Source: Eledone cirrhosa (lineage: Eukaryota). From it: a DNA stretch of 64,000 nucleotides. Each line of letters opens with the position of its first letter. Position 1 is the stretch's first letter. The notes under the pieces are model-generated. The model was given only the letters and a program-made list of their open reading frames with translations, searched no databases and was not told where the DNA came from. The translations under genes and the position numbers were made by a program. The stretch lies in contig OZ024745.1 of assembly GCA_964016885.1 (NCBI GenBank), forward strand, positions 13,392,001 to 13,456,000, written 5' to 3'. Below are positions 13,001 through 27,482 of the stretch, piece by piece.

Positions 13001-16000
13001 CTTGTGTACTGTGATGTGTCATATCTTGTGTACTGTGATATGTCACATCTTGTGTACTGTGATGTGTCACATCTTGTGTACTGTGATGTGTCATATATTG
13101 TGTACTGTGATGTGTCATATCTTGTGTACTGTGATGTGTCATATCTTGTGTACTGTGATGTGTCACATCTTGTGTACTGTGATGTGTCACATCTTGTGTA
13201 CTGTGATGTGTCATATCTTGTGTACTGTGATGTGTCATATCTTGTGTACTGTGATGTGTCACATCTTGTGTACTGTGATGTGTCACATCTTGTGTACTGT
13301 GATGTGTCATATCTTGTGTACTGTGATGTGTCACATCTTGTGTACTGTGATGTGTCACATCTTGTGTACTGTGATGTATCATATCTTGTGTACTGTGATG
13401 TGTCATATCTTGTGTACTGTGATGTGTCACATCTTGTGTACTGTGATGTGTCACATCTTGTGTACTGTGATGTGTCATATCTTGTGTACTGTGATGTGTC
13501 ACATCTTGTGTACTGTGATGTGTCACATCTTGTGTACTGTGATGTGTCATATCTTGTGTACTGTGATGTGTCACATCTTGTGTACTGTGATGTGTCACAT
13601 CTTGTGTACTGTGATGTATCATATCTTGTGTACTGTGATGTGTCATATCTTGTGTACTGTGATGTGTCATATCTTGTGTAATGTGATGTGTCATATCTTG
13701 TGTACTGTGATGTGTCATATATTGTGTACTGTGATGTGTCATATCTTGTGTACTGTGATGTGTCACATATTGTGTACTGTGATGTGTCATATCTTGTGTA
13801 CTGTGATGTGTCATATCTTGTGTACTGTGATGTGTCACATCTTGTGTACTGTGATGTGTCACATCTTGTGTACTGTGATGTGTCACATCTTGTGTACTGT
13901 GATGTGTCATATCTTATGTACTGATGTGTCACATCTTGTGTACTGATGTGTCACATCTTGTGTACTGTGATGTGTCATATCTTGTGTACTGATGTGTCAC
14001 ATCTTGTGTACTTATGTGTCACATCTTGTGTACTGTGATGTGTCACATCTTGTGTACTGATGTGTCACATCTTGTGTACTGTGATGTGTCATATCTTGTG
14101 TACTGATGTGTCACATATTGTGTACTGTGATGTGTCATATCTTGTGTACTGTGATGTGTCATATCTTGTGTACTGTGATGTGTCACATCTTGTGTATGTG
14201 ATGTGTCATATCTTGTGTACTGTGATGTGTCACATCTTGTGTACTGTGATGTGTCATATATTGTGTACTGTGATGTGTCATATCTTGTGTACTGTGATGT
14301 GTCACATCTTGTGTACTGTGATGTGTCATATCTTGTGTACTGTGATGTGACATATCTTGTGTACTGTGATGTGTCACATCTTGTGTACTGTGATGTGTCA
14401 CATCTTGTGTACTGTGATGTGTCATATCTTGTGTACTGTGATGTGTCACATCTTGTGTACTGTGATGTATCATATCTTGTGTACTGTGATGTGTCATATC
14501 TTGTGTACTGTGATGTGTCATACATTGTGTACTGTGATGTGTCATATCTTGTGTACTGTGATGTGTCATATCTTGTGTACTGTGATGTGTCACATCTTGT
14601 GTACTGTGATGTGTCATATCTTGTGTACTGTGATGTGTCACATCTTGTGTACTGTGATGTTCATATCTTGTGTACTGTGATGTGTCACATCTTGTGTACT
14701 GTGATGTGTCATATCTTGTGTACTGTGATGTGTCATATCTTGAGTACTGTGATGTGTCATATCTTGTGTACTGTGATGTGTCATATCTTGTGTACTGTGA
14801 TGTGTCACATCTTGTATACTGTGATGTGTCATATCTTGTGTACTGTGATGTGTCATATCTTGTGTACTGTGATGTGTCATATCTTGTGTACTGTGATGTG
14901 TCACATCTTGTGTACTGTGATGTGTCATATCTTGTGTACTGTGATGTGTCACATCTTATGTACTGATGTGTCACATCTTGTGTACTCTGATGTGTCATAT
15001 CTTGTGTACTGATGTGTCACATATTGTGTACTGTGATGTGTCATATCTTGTGTACTGTGATGTGTCATATCTTGTGAACTGTGATGTGTCACATCTTGTG
15101 TATGTGATGTGTCACATCTTGTGTACTGTGATGTGTCATATCTTGTGTACTGTGATATGTCACATCTTGTGTACTGTGATGTGTCACATCTTGTGTACTG
15201 GGTGTGTCATATCTTGTGTACTGTGATGTGTCACATCTTGTGTACTGTGATATGTCACATCTTGTGTACTGTGATGTGTCACATCTTGTGTACTGTGATA
15301 TGTCACATCTTGTGTACTGTGATGTGTCACATCTTGTGTACTGTGATGTGTCACATCTTGTGTACTGTGATGTGTCATATCTTGTGTACTGTGATGTGTC
15401 ACATCTTGTGTACTGTGATGTGTCATATCTTGTGTACTGTGATGTGTCAAATCTTGTGTACTGTGATGTGTCACATCTTGTGTACTGTGATGTGTCATAT
15501 CTTGTGTACTGTGATGTGTCATATCTTGAGTACTGTGATGTGTCACATCTTGTGTACTGTGATGTCATATCTTGTGTACTGTGATGTGTCACATCTTGTG
15601 TACTGTGATGTGTCATCTCTTGTGTACTGTGATGTGTCATATATTGTGTACTGTGATGTGTCACATCTTGTGTACTGTGATGTGTCATATCTTGTGTACT
15701 GTGATGTGTCACATCTTGTGTACTGTGATGTGTCATATCTTGTGTACTGTGATGTGTCACATCTTGTGTACTGTGATGTGTCACATCTTGTGTACAGTGA
15801 TGTGTCACATCTTGTGTACTGTGATGTGTCATATCTTGTGTACTGTGATGTGTCACATCTTGTGTACTGTGATGTGTCATATCTTGTGTACTGTGATGTG
15901 TCACATCTTGTGTACTGTGATGTGTCATATCTTGTGTACTGTGATGTGTCATATCTTGTGTACTGTGATGTGTCACATCTTGTGTACTGTGATGTGTCAT

Positions 16001-19000
16001 ATCTTGTGTACTGTGATGTGTCATATCTTGTGTACTGTGATGTGTCACATCTTGTGTACTGTGATGTGTCACATCTTGTGTACTGTGATGTGTCTATCTT
16101 GTGTACTGTGACGTGTCATATCTTGTGTACTGTGATGTGTCACATCTTGTGTACTGTGATGTGTCACATCTTGTGTACTGTGATGTGTCATATCTTGTGT
16201 AATGTGATGTGTCATATATTGTGTACTGGGATGTGTCACATCTTGTGTACTGTGATGTGTCATATCTTGTGTAATGTGATGTGTCATATCTTGTGTACTG
16301 TGATGTGTCACATCTTGTGTACTGTGATGTTTCACATCTTGTGTACTGTGATGTGTCACATCTTGTGTACTGTGGTGTGTCATATCTTGTGTAATGTGAT
16401 GTGTCATATATTGTGTACTGTGATGTGTCACATCTTGTGTACTGTGATGTGTCATATCTTGTGTACTGTGATGTGTCACATCTTGTGTACTGTGATGTGT
16501 CATATCTTGTGTACTGTGATGTGTCACATCTTGTGTACTGTGATGTATCACATCTTGTGTACTGTGATGTGTCATATCTTGTGTACTGTGATGTGTCACA
16601 TCTTGTGTACTGTGATGTGTCATATCTTGTGTACTGTGATGTGTCATATCTTGTGTACTGTGATGTGTCACATCTTGTGTACTGTGATGTGTCACATCTT
16701 GTGTACTGTGATGTGTCATATCTTGTGTACTGTGATGTGTCATATATTGTGTACTGTGATGTGTCATATCTTGTGTACTGTGATGTGTCATATCTTGTGT
16801 ACTGTGATGTGTCACATCTTGTGTAGTGTGATGTGTCATATCTTGTGTACTGTGATGTGTCATATCTTGTGTACTGTGATGTGTCACATCTTGTGTACTG
16901 TGATGTATCATATCTTGTGTACTGTGATGTGTCATATCTTGTGTACTGTGATGTGTCATATATTGTGTACTGTGATGTGTCATATCTTGTGTACTGTGAT
17001 GTGTCACATCTTGTGTACTGTGATGTGTCATATCTTGTGTACTGTGATGTGTCACATTTTGTGTACTGTGATGTGTCATATCTTGTGTACTGTGATGTGT
17101 CACATCTTGTGTACTGTGATGTGTCATATCTTGTGTACTGTGATGTGTCACATCTTGAGTACTGTGATGTGTCATATCTTGTGTACTGTGATGTGTGATA
17201 TCTTGTGTACTGTGATGTGTCACATCTTGTATACTGTGATGTGTCATATCTTGTATACTGTGATGTGTCATATCTTGTGTACTGTGATGTGTCATATCTT
17301 GTGTACTGTGATGTGTCATATCTTGTGTACTGTGATGTGTCACATCTTGTGTACTGTGATGTGTCACATCTTGTGTACTGTGATATGTCACATCTTGTGT
17401 ACTGTGATGTGTCCCATCTTGTGTACTGTGGTGTGTCATATCTTGTGTATGTGATGTGTCACATCTTGTGTACTGTGATGTGTCATATCTTGTGTACTGT
17501 GATGTGTCACATTTTGTGTACTGTGATGTGTCACATCTTGTGTACTGTGATGCGTCATATCTTGTGTACTGTGATATGTCACATCTTGTGTACTGTGATG
17601 TGTCATATCTTGTGTACTGTGATGTGTCATATCTTGAGTACTGTGATGTGTCACATCTTGTGTACTGTGATGTGTCATATCTTGTGTACTGTGATGTGTC
17701 ACATCTTGTGTACTGTGATGTGTCATATCTTGTGTACTGTGATGTGTCATATATTGTGTACTGTGATGTGTCACATCTTGTGTACTGTGATGTGTCATAT
17801 CTTGTGTACTGTGATGTGTCATATCTTGTGTACTGTGATGTGTCACATCTTGTGCACTGTGATGTGTCATATTTTGTGTACTGTGATGTGTCACATCTTG
17901 TGTATAGTGATGTGTCACATCTTGTGTACTGTGATGTGTCATATCTTGTGTACTGTGATGTGTCACATCTTGTGTACTGTGATGTGTCACATCTTGTGTA
18001 CTGTGATGTGTCATATCTTGTGTACTGTGATGTGTCATATCTTGTGTACTGTGATGTGTCACATCTTGTGTACTGTGATGTGTCATATCTTGTGTACTGT
18101 GATGTGTCACATCTTGTGTACTGTGATGTGTCATATCTTGTGTACTGTGATGTGTCATATATTGTGTACTGTGATGTGTCACATCTTGTGTACTGTGATG
18201 TGTCATATCTTGTGTACTGTGATGTGTCATATCTTGTGTACTGTGATGTGTCATATCTTGTGTACTGTGATGTGTCACATCTTGTGTACTGTGATGTGTC
18301 ACATCTTGTGTACTGTGATGTGTCACATCTTGTGTACTGTGATGTGTCATATCTTGTGTACTGTGATGTGTCATATATTGTGTACTGTGATGTGTAACAT
18401 CTTGTGTACTGTGGTGTGTCATATCTTGTGTGATGTGATGTGTCATATCTTGTGTACTGTGATGTGTCATATCTTGTGTACTGATGTGTCACATATTGTG
18501 TACTGTGATGTGTCATATCTTGTGTACTGTGATGTGTCATATCTTGTGTACTGTGATGTGTCACATCTTGTGTATGTGATGTGTCACATCTTGTGTACTG
18601 TGATGTGTCATATCTTGTGTACTGTGATGTGTCATATCTTGTGTACTGTGATATGTCACATCTTGTGTACTGTGATGTGTCACATCTTGTGTACTGTGAT
18701 GTGTCATATATTGTGTACTGTGATGTGTCATATCTTGTGTACTGTGATATGTCACATCTTGTGTACTGTGATGTGTCATATCTTGTGTACTGTGATGTGT
18801 CACATCTTGTGTACTGTGATGTGTCACATCTTGTGTACTGTGATGTGTCATATCTTGTGTACTGTGATGTGTCATATCTTGTGTACTGTGATGTGTCACA
18901 TCTTGTGTACTGTGATGTGTCACATCTTGTGTACTGTGATGTGTCACATCTTGTGTACTGTGATGTGTCACATCTTGTGTACTGTGATGTATCATATCTT

Positions 19001-22000
19001 GTGTACTGTGATGTGTCATATCTTGTGTACTGTGATGTGTCATACATTGTGTACTGTGATGTGTCATATCTTGTGTACTGTGATGTGTCATATCTTGTGT
19101 ACTGTGATGTGTCACATCTTGTGTACTGTGATGTGTCATATCTTGTGTACTGTGATGTGTCACATCTTGTGTACTCTGATGTGTCATATCTTGTGTACTG
19201 TGATGTGTCACATCTTCTGTACTGTGATGTGTCATATCTTGTGTACTGTGATGTGTCATATCTTGTGTACTGTGATGTGTCATATCTTGAGTACTGTGAT
19301 GTGTCATATCTTGTGTACTGTGATGTGTCACATCTTGTATACTGTGATGTGTCACATCTTGTGTACTGTGATGTGTCATATCTTGTGTACTGTGATGTGT
19401 CATATCTTGTGTACTGTGATGTGTCACATCTTGTGTACTGTGATGTGTCATATCTTGTGTACTGTGATGTGTCACATCTTATGTACTGATGTGTCACATC
19501 TTGTGTACTGTGATGTGTCATATCTTGTGTACTGATGTGTCACATATTGTGTACTGTGATGTCTCATATCTTGTGTACTGTGATGTGTCATATCTTGTGT
19601 ACTGTGATGTGTCACATCTTGTGTATGTGATGTGTCACATCTTGTGTACTGTGATGTGTCATATCTTGTGTACTGTGATATGTCACATCTTGTGTACTGT
19701 GATGTGTCACATCTTGTGTACTGGGTGTGTCATATCTTGTGTACTGTGATGTGTCACATCTTGTGTATGTGATGTGTCACATCTTGTGTACTGTGATGTG
19801 TCATATCTTGTGTACTGTGATATGTCACATCTTGTGTACTGTGATATGTCACATCTTGTGTACTGTGATGTGTCACATCTTGTGTACTGTGATGTGTCAT
19901 ATCTTGTGTACTGTGATATGTCACATCTTGTGTACTGTGATGTGTCACATCTTGTGTACTGTGATGTGTCACATCTTGTGTACTGTGATGTGTCACATCT
20001 TGTGTACTGTGATGTGTCATATCTTGTGTACTGTGATGTGTCATATCTTGAGTACTGTGATGTGTCACATCTTGTGTACTGTGATGTGTCATATCTTGTG
20101 TACTGTGATGTGTCACATCTTGTGTACTGTGATGTGTCATATCTTGTGTACTGTGATGTGTCATATATTGTGTACTGTGATGTGTCACATCTTGTGTACT
20201 GTGATGTGTCATATCTTGTGTACTGTGATGTGTCATATCTTGTGTACTGTGATGTGTCACATCTTTTGTACTGTGATGTGTCACATCTTGTGTACTGTGA
20301 TGTGTCATATCTTGTGTACTGTGATGTGTCATATCTTGTGTACTGTGATGTGTCACATCTTGTGTACTGTGATGTGTCACATCTTGTGTACTGTGATGTG
20401 TCATATCTTGTGTACTGTGATGTGTCATATCTTGTGTACTGTGACGTGTCATATCTTGTGTACTGTGATGTGTCATATCTTGTGTACTGTGACGTGTCAT
20501 ATCTTGTGTACTGTGATGTGTCACATCTTGTGTACTGTGATGTGTCACATCTTGTGTACTGTGATGTGTCACATCTTGTGTACTGTGATGTGTCATATCT
20601 TGTGTAATGTGATGTGTCATATATTGTGTACTGTGATGTGTCACATCTTGTGTACTGTGATGTGTCATATCTTGTGTAATGTGATGTGTCATATCTTGTG
20701 TACTGTGATGTGTCACATCTTGTGTACTGTGATGTTTCACATCTTGTGTACTGTGATGTGTCACATCTTGTGTACTGTGGTGTGTCATATCTTGTGTAAT
20801 GTGATGTGTCATATATTGTGTACTGTGATGTGTCATATCTTGTATACTGTGATATGTCACATCTTGTGTACTGTGATGTGTCATATCTTGTGTACTGTGA
20901 TGTGTCACATCTTGTGTACTGTGATGTGTCATATCTTGTGTACTGTGATGTGTCATATCTTGTGTACTGTGATGTGTCACATCTTGTGTACTGTGATGTA
21001 TCACATCTTGTGTACTGTGATGTGTCATATCTTGTGTACTGTGATGTGTCACATCTTGTGTACTGTGATGTGTCATATCTTGTGTACTGTGATGTGTCAT
21101 ATCTTGTGTACTGTGATGTGTCACATCTTGTGTACTGTGATGTGTCACATCTTGTGTACTGTGATGTGTCATATCTTGTGTACTGTGACGTGTCATATCT
21201 TGTGTACTGTGATGTGTCACATCTTGTGTACTGTGATGTGTCACATCTTGTGTACTGTGATGTGTCATATCTTGTGTACTGTGATGTGTCATATATTGTG
21301 TACTGTGATGTGTCATATCTTGTGTACTGTGATGTGTCATATCTTGTGTACTGTGATGTGTCACATCTTGTGTAGTGTGATGTGTCATATCTTGTGTACT
21401 GTGATGTGTCATATCTTGTGTACTGTGATGTGTCACATCTTGTGTACTGTGATGTATCATATCTTGTGTACTGTGATGTGTCATATCTTGTGTACTGTGA
21501 TGTGTCATATATTGTGTACTGTGATGTGTCATATCTTGTGTACTGTGATGTGTCACATCTTGTGTACTGTGATGTGTCATATCTTGTGTACTGTGATGTG
21601 TCACATTTTGTGTACTGTGATGTGTCATATCTTGTGTACTGTGATGTGTCACATCTTGTGTACTGTGATGTGTCATATCTTGTGTACTGTGATGTGTCAT
21701 ATCTTGAGTACTGTGATGTGTCATATCTTGTGTACTGTGATGTGTGATATCTTGTGTACTGTGATGTGTCACATCTTGTATACTGTGATGTGTCATATCT
21801 TGTGTACTGTGATGTGTCATATCTTGTGTACTGTGATGTGTCATATCTTGTGTACTGTGATGTGTCACATCTTGTGTACTGTGATATGTCACATCTTGTG
21901 TACTGTGATGTGTCCCATCTTGTGTACTGTGGTGTGTCATATCTTGTGTATGTGATGTGTCACATCTTGTGTACTGTGATGTGTCATATCTTGTGTACTG

Positions 22001-25000
22001 TGATGTGTCACATCTTGTGTACTGTGATGTGTCACATCTTGTGTACTGTGATGCGTCATATCTTGTGTACTGTGATATGTCACATCTTGTGTACTGTGAT
22101 GTGTCATATCTTGTGTACTGTGATGTGTCATATCCTTGAGTACTGTGATGTGTCACATCTTGTGTACTGTGATGTGTCATATCTTGTGTACTGTGATGTG
22201 TCACATCTTGTGTACTGTGATGTGTCATATCTTGTGTACTGTGATGTGTCATATATTGTGTACTGTGATGTGTCACATCTTGTGTACTGTGATGTGTCAT
22301 ATCTTGTGTACTGTGATGTGTCATATCTTGTGTACTGTGATGTGTCACATCTTGTGTACTGTGATGTGTCATATTTTGTGTACTGTGATGTGTCACATCT
22401 TGTGTACTGTGATGTGTCACATCTTGTGTATAGTGATGTGTCACATCTTGTGTACTGTGATGTGTCATATCTTGTGTACTGTGATGTGTCATATCTTGTG
22501 TACTGTGATGTGTCACATCTTGTGTACTGTGATGTGTCACATCTTGTGTACTGTGATGTGTCATATCTTGTGTACTGTGATGTGTCATATCTTGTGTACT
22601 GTGATGTGTCACATCTTGTGTACTGTGATGTGTCACATCTTGTGTACTGTGATGTGTCACATCTTGTGTACTGTGGTGTGTCATATCTTGTGTGATGTGA
22701 TGTGTCATATCTTGTGTACTGTGATGTGTCATATCTTGTGTACTGTGATGTGTCACATCTTGTGTATAGTGATGTGTCACATCTTGTGTACTGTGATGTG
22801 TCATATCTTGTGTACTGTGATGTGTCATATCTTGTGTACTGTCATGTGTCACATCTTGTGTACTGTGATGTGTCATATCTTGTGTACTGTGATGTGTCAT
22901 ATCTTGTGTATTGTGATGTGTCACATCTTGTGTACTTTGATGTGTCATATCTTGTGTACTGTGATGTGTCACATCTTGTGTACTGTGATGTCACATCTTG
23001 TGTACTGTGGTGTGTCATATCTTGTGTACTGTGATGTGTCATATCTTGTGTACTGTGATGTGTCACATCTTGTGTACTGTGATGTGTCATATCTTGTGTA
23101 CTGTGATGTGTCACATCTTGTGTACTGTGATGTGTCATATCTTGTGTACTGTGATGTGTCATATCTTGTGTACTGTGATGTGTCACATCTTGTGTACTGT
23201 GATGTGTCATATCTTGTGTACTGTGATGTGTCATATCTTGTGTACTGTGATGTGTCACATCTTGTGTACTGTGATGTGTCATATCTTGTGTACTGTGACG
23301 TGTCACATCTTGTGTTCTGTGATGTGTCATATCTTGTGTACTGTGATGTGTCATATATTGTGTACTGTGATGTGTCACATCTTGTGTACTGTGGTGTGTC
23401 ATATCTTGTGTGATGTGATGTGTCATATCTTGTGTACTGTGATGTGTCATATCTTGTGTACTGTGATGTGTCACATCTTGTGTACTGTGATGTGTCATAT
23501 CTTGAGTACTGTGATGTGTCATATCTTGTGTACTGTGATGTGTCACATCTTGTGTACTGTGATGTGTAATATCTTGTGTACTGTGATGTGTCACATCTTG
23601 TGTACTGTGATGTGTCATATCTTGTGTACTGTGATGTGTCATATCTTGTGTACTGTGATGTGTCACATCTTGTGTACTGATGTGTCACATCTTGTGTACT
23701 GTGATGTGTCATATCTTGTGTACTGTGATGTGTCACATCTTGTGTACTGTGATGTGTCATATCTAGTGTACTGATGTGTCACATCTTGTGTACTGTGATG
23801 TGTCATATCTTGTGTACTGTGATGTGTCATATCTTGTGTACTGTGATGTGTCACATCGTGTGTACTGTGATGTGTCACATCTTGTGTACTGTGATGTGTC
23901 ATATCTTGTGTACTGTGATGTGTCATATCTTGTGTACTGTGATATGTCACATCTTGTGTACTGTGATGTGTCATATCTTGTGTACTGTGATGTGTCATAT
24001 CTTGTGTACTGTGATGTGTCGTATCTTGTGTACTGTGATGTGTCATATCTTGTGTACTGTGATGTGTTATATCTTGTGTACTGTGATGTGTCATATCTTG
24101 TTTACTGTGATGTGTCATATCTTGTGTACTGTGATGTGTCATATCTTGTGTACTGTGATGTATCATATCTTGTGTACTGTGATGTGTCACATCTTGTGTA
24201 CTGTGATGTGTTATATCTTGTGTACTGTGATGTGTCATATCTTGTGTACTGTGATGTGTCATATCTTGTGTACTCTGATGTGTCATATCTTGTGTACTGA
24301 TGTGTGACATCTTGTGTACTGTGATGTGTCACATCTTGTGTACTGTGATGTGTCATATCTTGTGTACTGTGATGTGTCATATCTTGTGTACTGTGATGTG
24401 TCACATCTTGTGTACTGTGATGTGTCACATCTTGTGTACTGTGATGTGTCATATCTTGTGTACTGTGATGTGTCATATCTTGTGTACTGTGATGTGTCAC
24501 ATCTTGTGTACTGTGATGTGTCATATCTTGTGTACTGTGATGTGTCATATCTTGTGTACTGATGTGTCACATCTTGTGTACTGTGATGTGTCATATCTTG
24601 TGTACTGTGATGTGTCATATCTTGTGTACTGTGATGTATCATATCTTGTGTACTGTGATGTGTCACATCTTGTGTACTGTGATGTGTTATATCTTGTGTA
24701 CTGTGATGTGTCATATCTTGTGTACTGTGATGTGTCATATCTTGTGTACTGTGATGTGTCATATCTTGTGTACTGATGTGTGACATCTTGTGTACTGTGA
24801 TGTGTCACATCTTGTGTACTGTGATGTGTCATATCTTGTGTACTGTGATGTGTCATATCTTGTGTACTGTGATGTGTCACATCTTGTGTACTGTGATGTG
24901 TCACATCTTGTGTACTGTGATGTGTCATATCTTGTGTACTGTGATGTGTCATATCTTGTGTACTGTGATGTGTCACATCTTGTGTACTGTGATGTGTCAT

Positions 25001-25115
25001 ATCTTGTGTACTGTGATGTGTCATATCTTGTGTACTGATGTGTCACATCTTGTGTACTGTGATGTGTCATATCTTGTGTACTGTGATGTGTCATATCTTG
25101 TATACTTTACTGTGT
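10020..25115. repeat. 24-bp satellite array, ~15.1 kb (~630 units) with higher-order structure
   Basis: Consensus TGTGATGTGTCAYATCTTGTGTAC with 22- and 23-bp deletion variants; source of the VMCHILCT / DVSYLVYC / THHSTQD ORFs. Confidence 0.98.
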
Positions 25116-25180
25116 TTTGAGTTAAATGTTGCATGTACGCTGATAGCTAGAGCTAACCAATGGAAAACCCGTCCAACCTG

Positions 25181-25270
25181 CAATTAGCTACAATAGCCTA
25201 GTGTACCTACAATTAGCTACAATAGCCTAGTGTACCTACAATTAGCTACAATAGCCTAGTGTACCTACAA
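25181..25270. repeat. 29-bp tandem repeat, 3 copies
   Basis: caattagctacaatagcctagtgtaccta at 25181, 25210 and 25239. Confidence 0.9.
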
Positions 25271-25627
25271 CCAGCATAAATAAGCAGACAAAACTATACT
25301 AAAGTTTCTATCAAAATATAGATCGACAACAGCTGAATGTAAAAGAATGACACGGAAAAATACATACTTAATTTATCGACCCAATTAATCCCGGTGAAAT
25401 TTGAAATCAAAATGAAGGGAGATAAATCAAAATTTTACTTGGCATTGAGCCTGTCTTCTTCTCTATTATTTCTGACAGACAAAGGTACTCAAGTTAAGCA
25501 TAGATTTGTAAAAAAAAAAAATAATAATAAATAAATAAATAAGACAAATGATCGCCTTGCGTTTTATTCGTCACGTGGCAAATACCTCCGGAAGTGAAAG
25601 TTTGCAACCTACTTACTACACACTCAC

Positions 25628-25637
25628 GTTCATAATC
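25628..25637 (-). CDS. Candidate 10-nt microexon GATTATGAAC
   Basis: Minus strand reads tctttattgtttcaaattcactAG|GATTATGAAC|GTGAGT. Confidence 0.25.
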
Positions 25638-25929
25638 CTAGTGAATTTGAAACAATAAAGAGCATATCATCAAGAGGAAAGACATTAGTTACACCTAACG
25701 TGTCTTTACAGTAACATTAAGATATCTTTAGCTGGCCTATACTCATAAAGCATGCAGGGAAGTAATAAATGATGTCTATATTTGAATATTTTCACATAAT
25801 CGACTGTCCTCTAGCTTACACACTTAGATCACACATCTATATACACATATGTACTAATATATATCTGTACACACACACACTCATATATATATCGCTCTAC
25901 CGATTCTACTGCCAATTCACCAATACTTA

Positions 25930-26150
25930 AAATAATAGTTTCTGATTTAGGCACAAGACCAGCAATGTTGAGGGAGGCGAAACTCGATTAAATCGACCCC
26001 AATGCATTACTGGTGCTTTAGTTTATCGACCCAATGAGGATGAAAGGCAAAGCTAATCTCGGCGGAATTTGAACTTACAACATAAAGAACCGTAACTCTA
26101 TGCCACAAAACTTGTTGTCCGACGCCCTACCGATACTGCCAATCCACCGC
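25930..26150 (-). mobile_element. tRNA-derived SINE (family of 31349)
   Basis: Reverse complement of the family consensus: ggcacaag.ccagcaa...atcgaccc...gaaaggcaaag...tgccaatccaccgc. Confidence 0.85.
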
Positions 26151-26285
26151 TCCACCAATACTTAAAATAATGAAACTCTAAAATTCCACCTTTAGATAAT
26201 TTTAAGCGTTAAAATGTAAAATTGTTCCTCATCTTACACATGAAGGATAGCATGGATTATCTACGCTAAGAGAACATTTTTGGAT

Positions 26286-26378
26286 CCGTCAAATATGTCG
26301 GATCGCCTTATACGCTGTCAAATATGTCGTGTTGCCTTGTACGCCGTCAAATATGTCGGGTCACCTTATACGCGGTCA
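26286..26378. repeat. 30-bp tandem repeat, ~3 diverged copies
   Basis: gtcaaatatgtcgg.tcgccttatacgc repeated. Confidence 0.8.
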
Positions 26379-26889
26379 TATGGGATATATTTCAATGTGT
26401 CCCCTAAAGACATCTCCTGGTTAACATTTATCTGGTTTTCAAATCATTTCACATTCACCCGCAGGTGAAATAATTAGGTCAATCTTTAAATGTCGGTACT
26501 TATACATCAAAGAGTGGTTATTCGAGTGAGTATCAAAGGAAAGAGAAAATCTGTGTGTGGTGTGGGGAGGGGGGAGGGGAATTACGAGAGTTAAAATTGG
26601 TTTGCAAATTCTATTGACTGTTAGCTTATCTGAAATGAATGTTTCGGCTCCGGGACGATGAAATGCTACACCTTCAGCGATTCGAACACAGAAAGTAAAC
26701 TTACGAAATGCTAATCTTTAGTCGGTCACTATGTATGCATGTATGGTCCCGTAACTCCCAAGTGAATTGTAGGGGCGCCATGTTGATATACGGTGTTTAT
26801 AGGGCATATCTCATCTCCAGGTCTGAATACAGCAGATTTCTTCCAGAGAAGGATAGAAAGCGAGAAAAAGATATAGAGGAAGAATCGAA

Positions 26890-27042
26890 ACCAGTACTAG
26901 ACTGGTACTTTTTTTATCGTCCTAGAAATTATGAAAGGTAAAGTTAACCTTGGTGGGACTTAAACTGAGATAGCAGAGAGCAGAAATAAATACCACAAAC
27001 TATTCTATCCGGCATTCTAACGACTCTTCCAATTCGCCGCCG
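26890..27042 (-). mobile_element. Diverged SINE copy (family of 31349)
   Basis: ctggtacttttttttatcg...atgaaaggtaaagttaaccttggtgggacttaaact...ccaattcgccgcc. Confidence 0.7.
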
Positions 27043-27128
27043 TCTGTCAATATATTTTCTTTAAATTAACCTCAAACAATATCAATGTCAATAAATATGA
27101 AATATTTATCATCAGTCACCACTTGGTT

Positions 27129-27482
27129 GAGGCACGTAGCCTAGTGGTAAGCGAGTTGGAATTACAATCAAAATGTCATGCGTTCGATTCCTGAACTCAG
27201 TTGTGTGTTGTGTTCTTGATCAAAACATTTCATTTCACATTGCTCCAGTATACTCAGCTGAAAATGAGTATCAGCAGTAGCTGAGGTTTAACCCTGCGAT
27301 AGACTGGTACCTTGTCCAGGAGGAGTCTTGTATTCTCAGTCACGTCATGTCGCGGAAACTAGGATAAGCACCTGCCTGGACTTTAACCCTGCGATGGACA
27401 GGCGTCCTGTCTAGAAGGGAGTCTTGTACTTTCATTCGCCTCGCGCCACAGTACCGGGAGAGGCAGCGGCATGATGAGCCGT
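27129..27482 (+). mobile_element. tRNA-derived SINE with V-SINE-like block; 3' part tandemly duplicated
   Basis: tagcctagtgg (A box) and gttcgattcct (B box); aaccctgcgat.gact/aggc..cctgtc.ag occurs twice (~27289 and ~27385). Confidence 0.75.

Noticed and set aside
10037-25120. Long Cys/His-rich ORFs (up to 1150 aa) in the 24-bp array
   Set aside because: The unit is a multiple of 3 and stop-free in several frames on both strands; frequent 1-2-bp indels switch frames; there is no unique N- or C-terminal domain.
26705-26822. Minus-strand exon with caacATGgcg and GTAAGT donor (MAPLQFTWELRDHTCIHSDRLKISI)
   Set aside because: Joining it to the downstream exon candidates gives early stops, and I recognise no homology; left unannotated.
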